A stretch of 64,000 nucleotides of DNA from a virus, in the IMG/VR virus record IMGVR_UViG_3300005805_000050, positions 58,087-122,086 of that record. One strand, given 5' to 3'. Below the pieces are notes generated by a model. The model worked only from the letters and a program-made list of their open reading frames with translations, ran no database searches and was not told where the DNA came from. Numbering within the stretch: the stretch's first letter is position 1; every line of letters starts with the position of its first letter. Shown piece after piece: positions 63,913-64,000 of the stretch. The translations under genes were made by a program, and so were the position numbers.

Positions 63913-64000
63913 TGAAAGAATCAAACAAACCCAAGCTGGAATCTGCGTCATTTGTGTTTGAGCAAGACGGAAACTGTACAGATAGCGCAGAGTACGAGAC
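63913..64000 (+). CDS. partial ORF running off the window end
   Basis: aaagttATG then MKESNKPKLESASFVFEQDGNC... Confidence 0.55.

Noticed and set aside
1-64000. All minus-strand ORFs in the track (e.g. 5507-5983, 13485-13907, 47914-48243) and short alternative-frame + ORFs
   Set aside because: They lie inside well-supported + strand genes, show no family motifs and lack start context; these are shadow ORFs.
1-64000. Genome-wide stop-codon reassignment (TAG or TGA) as in some huge phages
   Set aside because: Conserved enzymes are full length in code 11 and end at natural termini on TGA (polA) or TAG (7870, dnaB-adjacent overlaps aside). The 12076 TGA is a local case.

Overview
This looks like a 64-kb slice of a large lytic dsDNA (jumbo/huge) phage genome; every credible gene is on the + strand, tightly packed, in standard genetic code. 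A Bacteroidota host is inferred from TAnnTTT(G/A) promoters, Shine-Dalgarno-free (aa)gttATG starts, a Flavobacterium-type class Id RNR, a DUF4494 gene and a GE...YALAA tmRNA tag. Layout: (1) 1-11.2 kb replication and recombination (gp32-like SSB, RecA/UvsX, 5'-3' exonuclease, DnaB, RNR, PolA); (2) 11.2-15 kb small probably late genes, an Hsp20-GroES-GroEL operon and an aberrant tRNA-like RNA; (3) 15-20 kb nucleotide metabolism or modification (PLP enzyme, DUF6378, dUTPase, dCMP deaminase, Asp-type thymidylate synthase homolog, PD-(D/E)XK nuclease); (4) 20.2-43.3 kb a ~23-kb glycan operon with glycosyltransferases and enzymes pointing to 3,6-dideoxy, C-branched and possibly carbocyclic sugars, with no flippase or polymerase; (5) 43-64 kb small accessory genes, tmRNA, a putative YkuD-type lysis cassette, RadA-like ATPase, lipoproteins and two matching operator-array promoters. 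Best leads: the rare-sugar pathway, a peptide repeat continuing in frame past a TGA, a long-range duplex bracketing hsp20, the tRNA-like RNA, the twin operator arrays and a possible modified-cytosine pathway. All family calls come from motif recognition by eye; no database searches were run.
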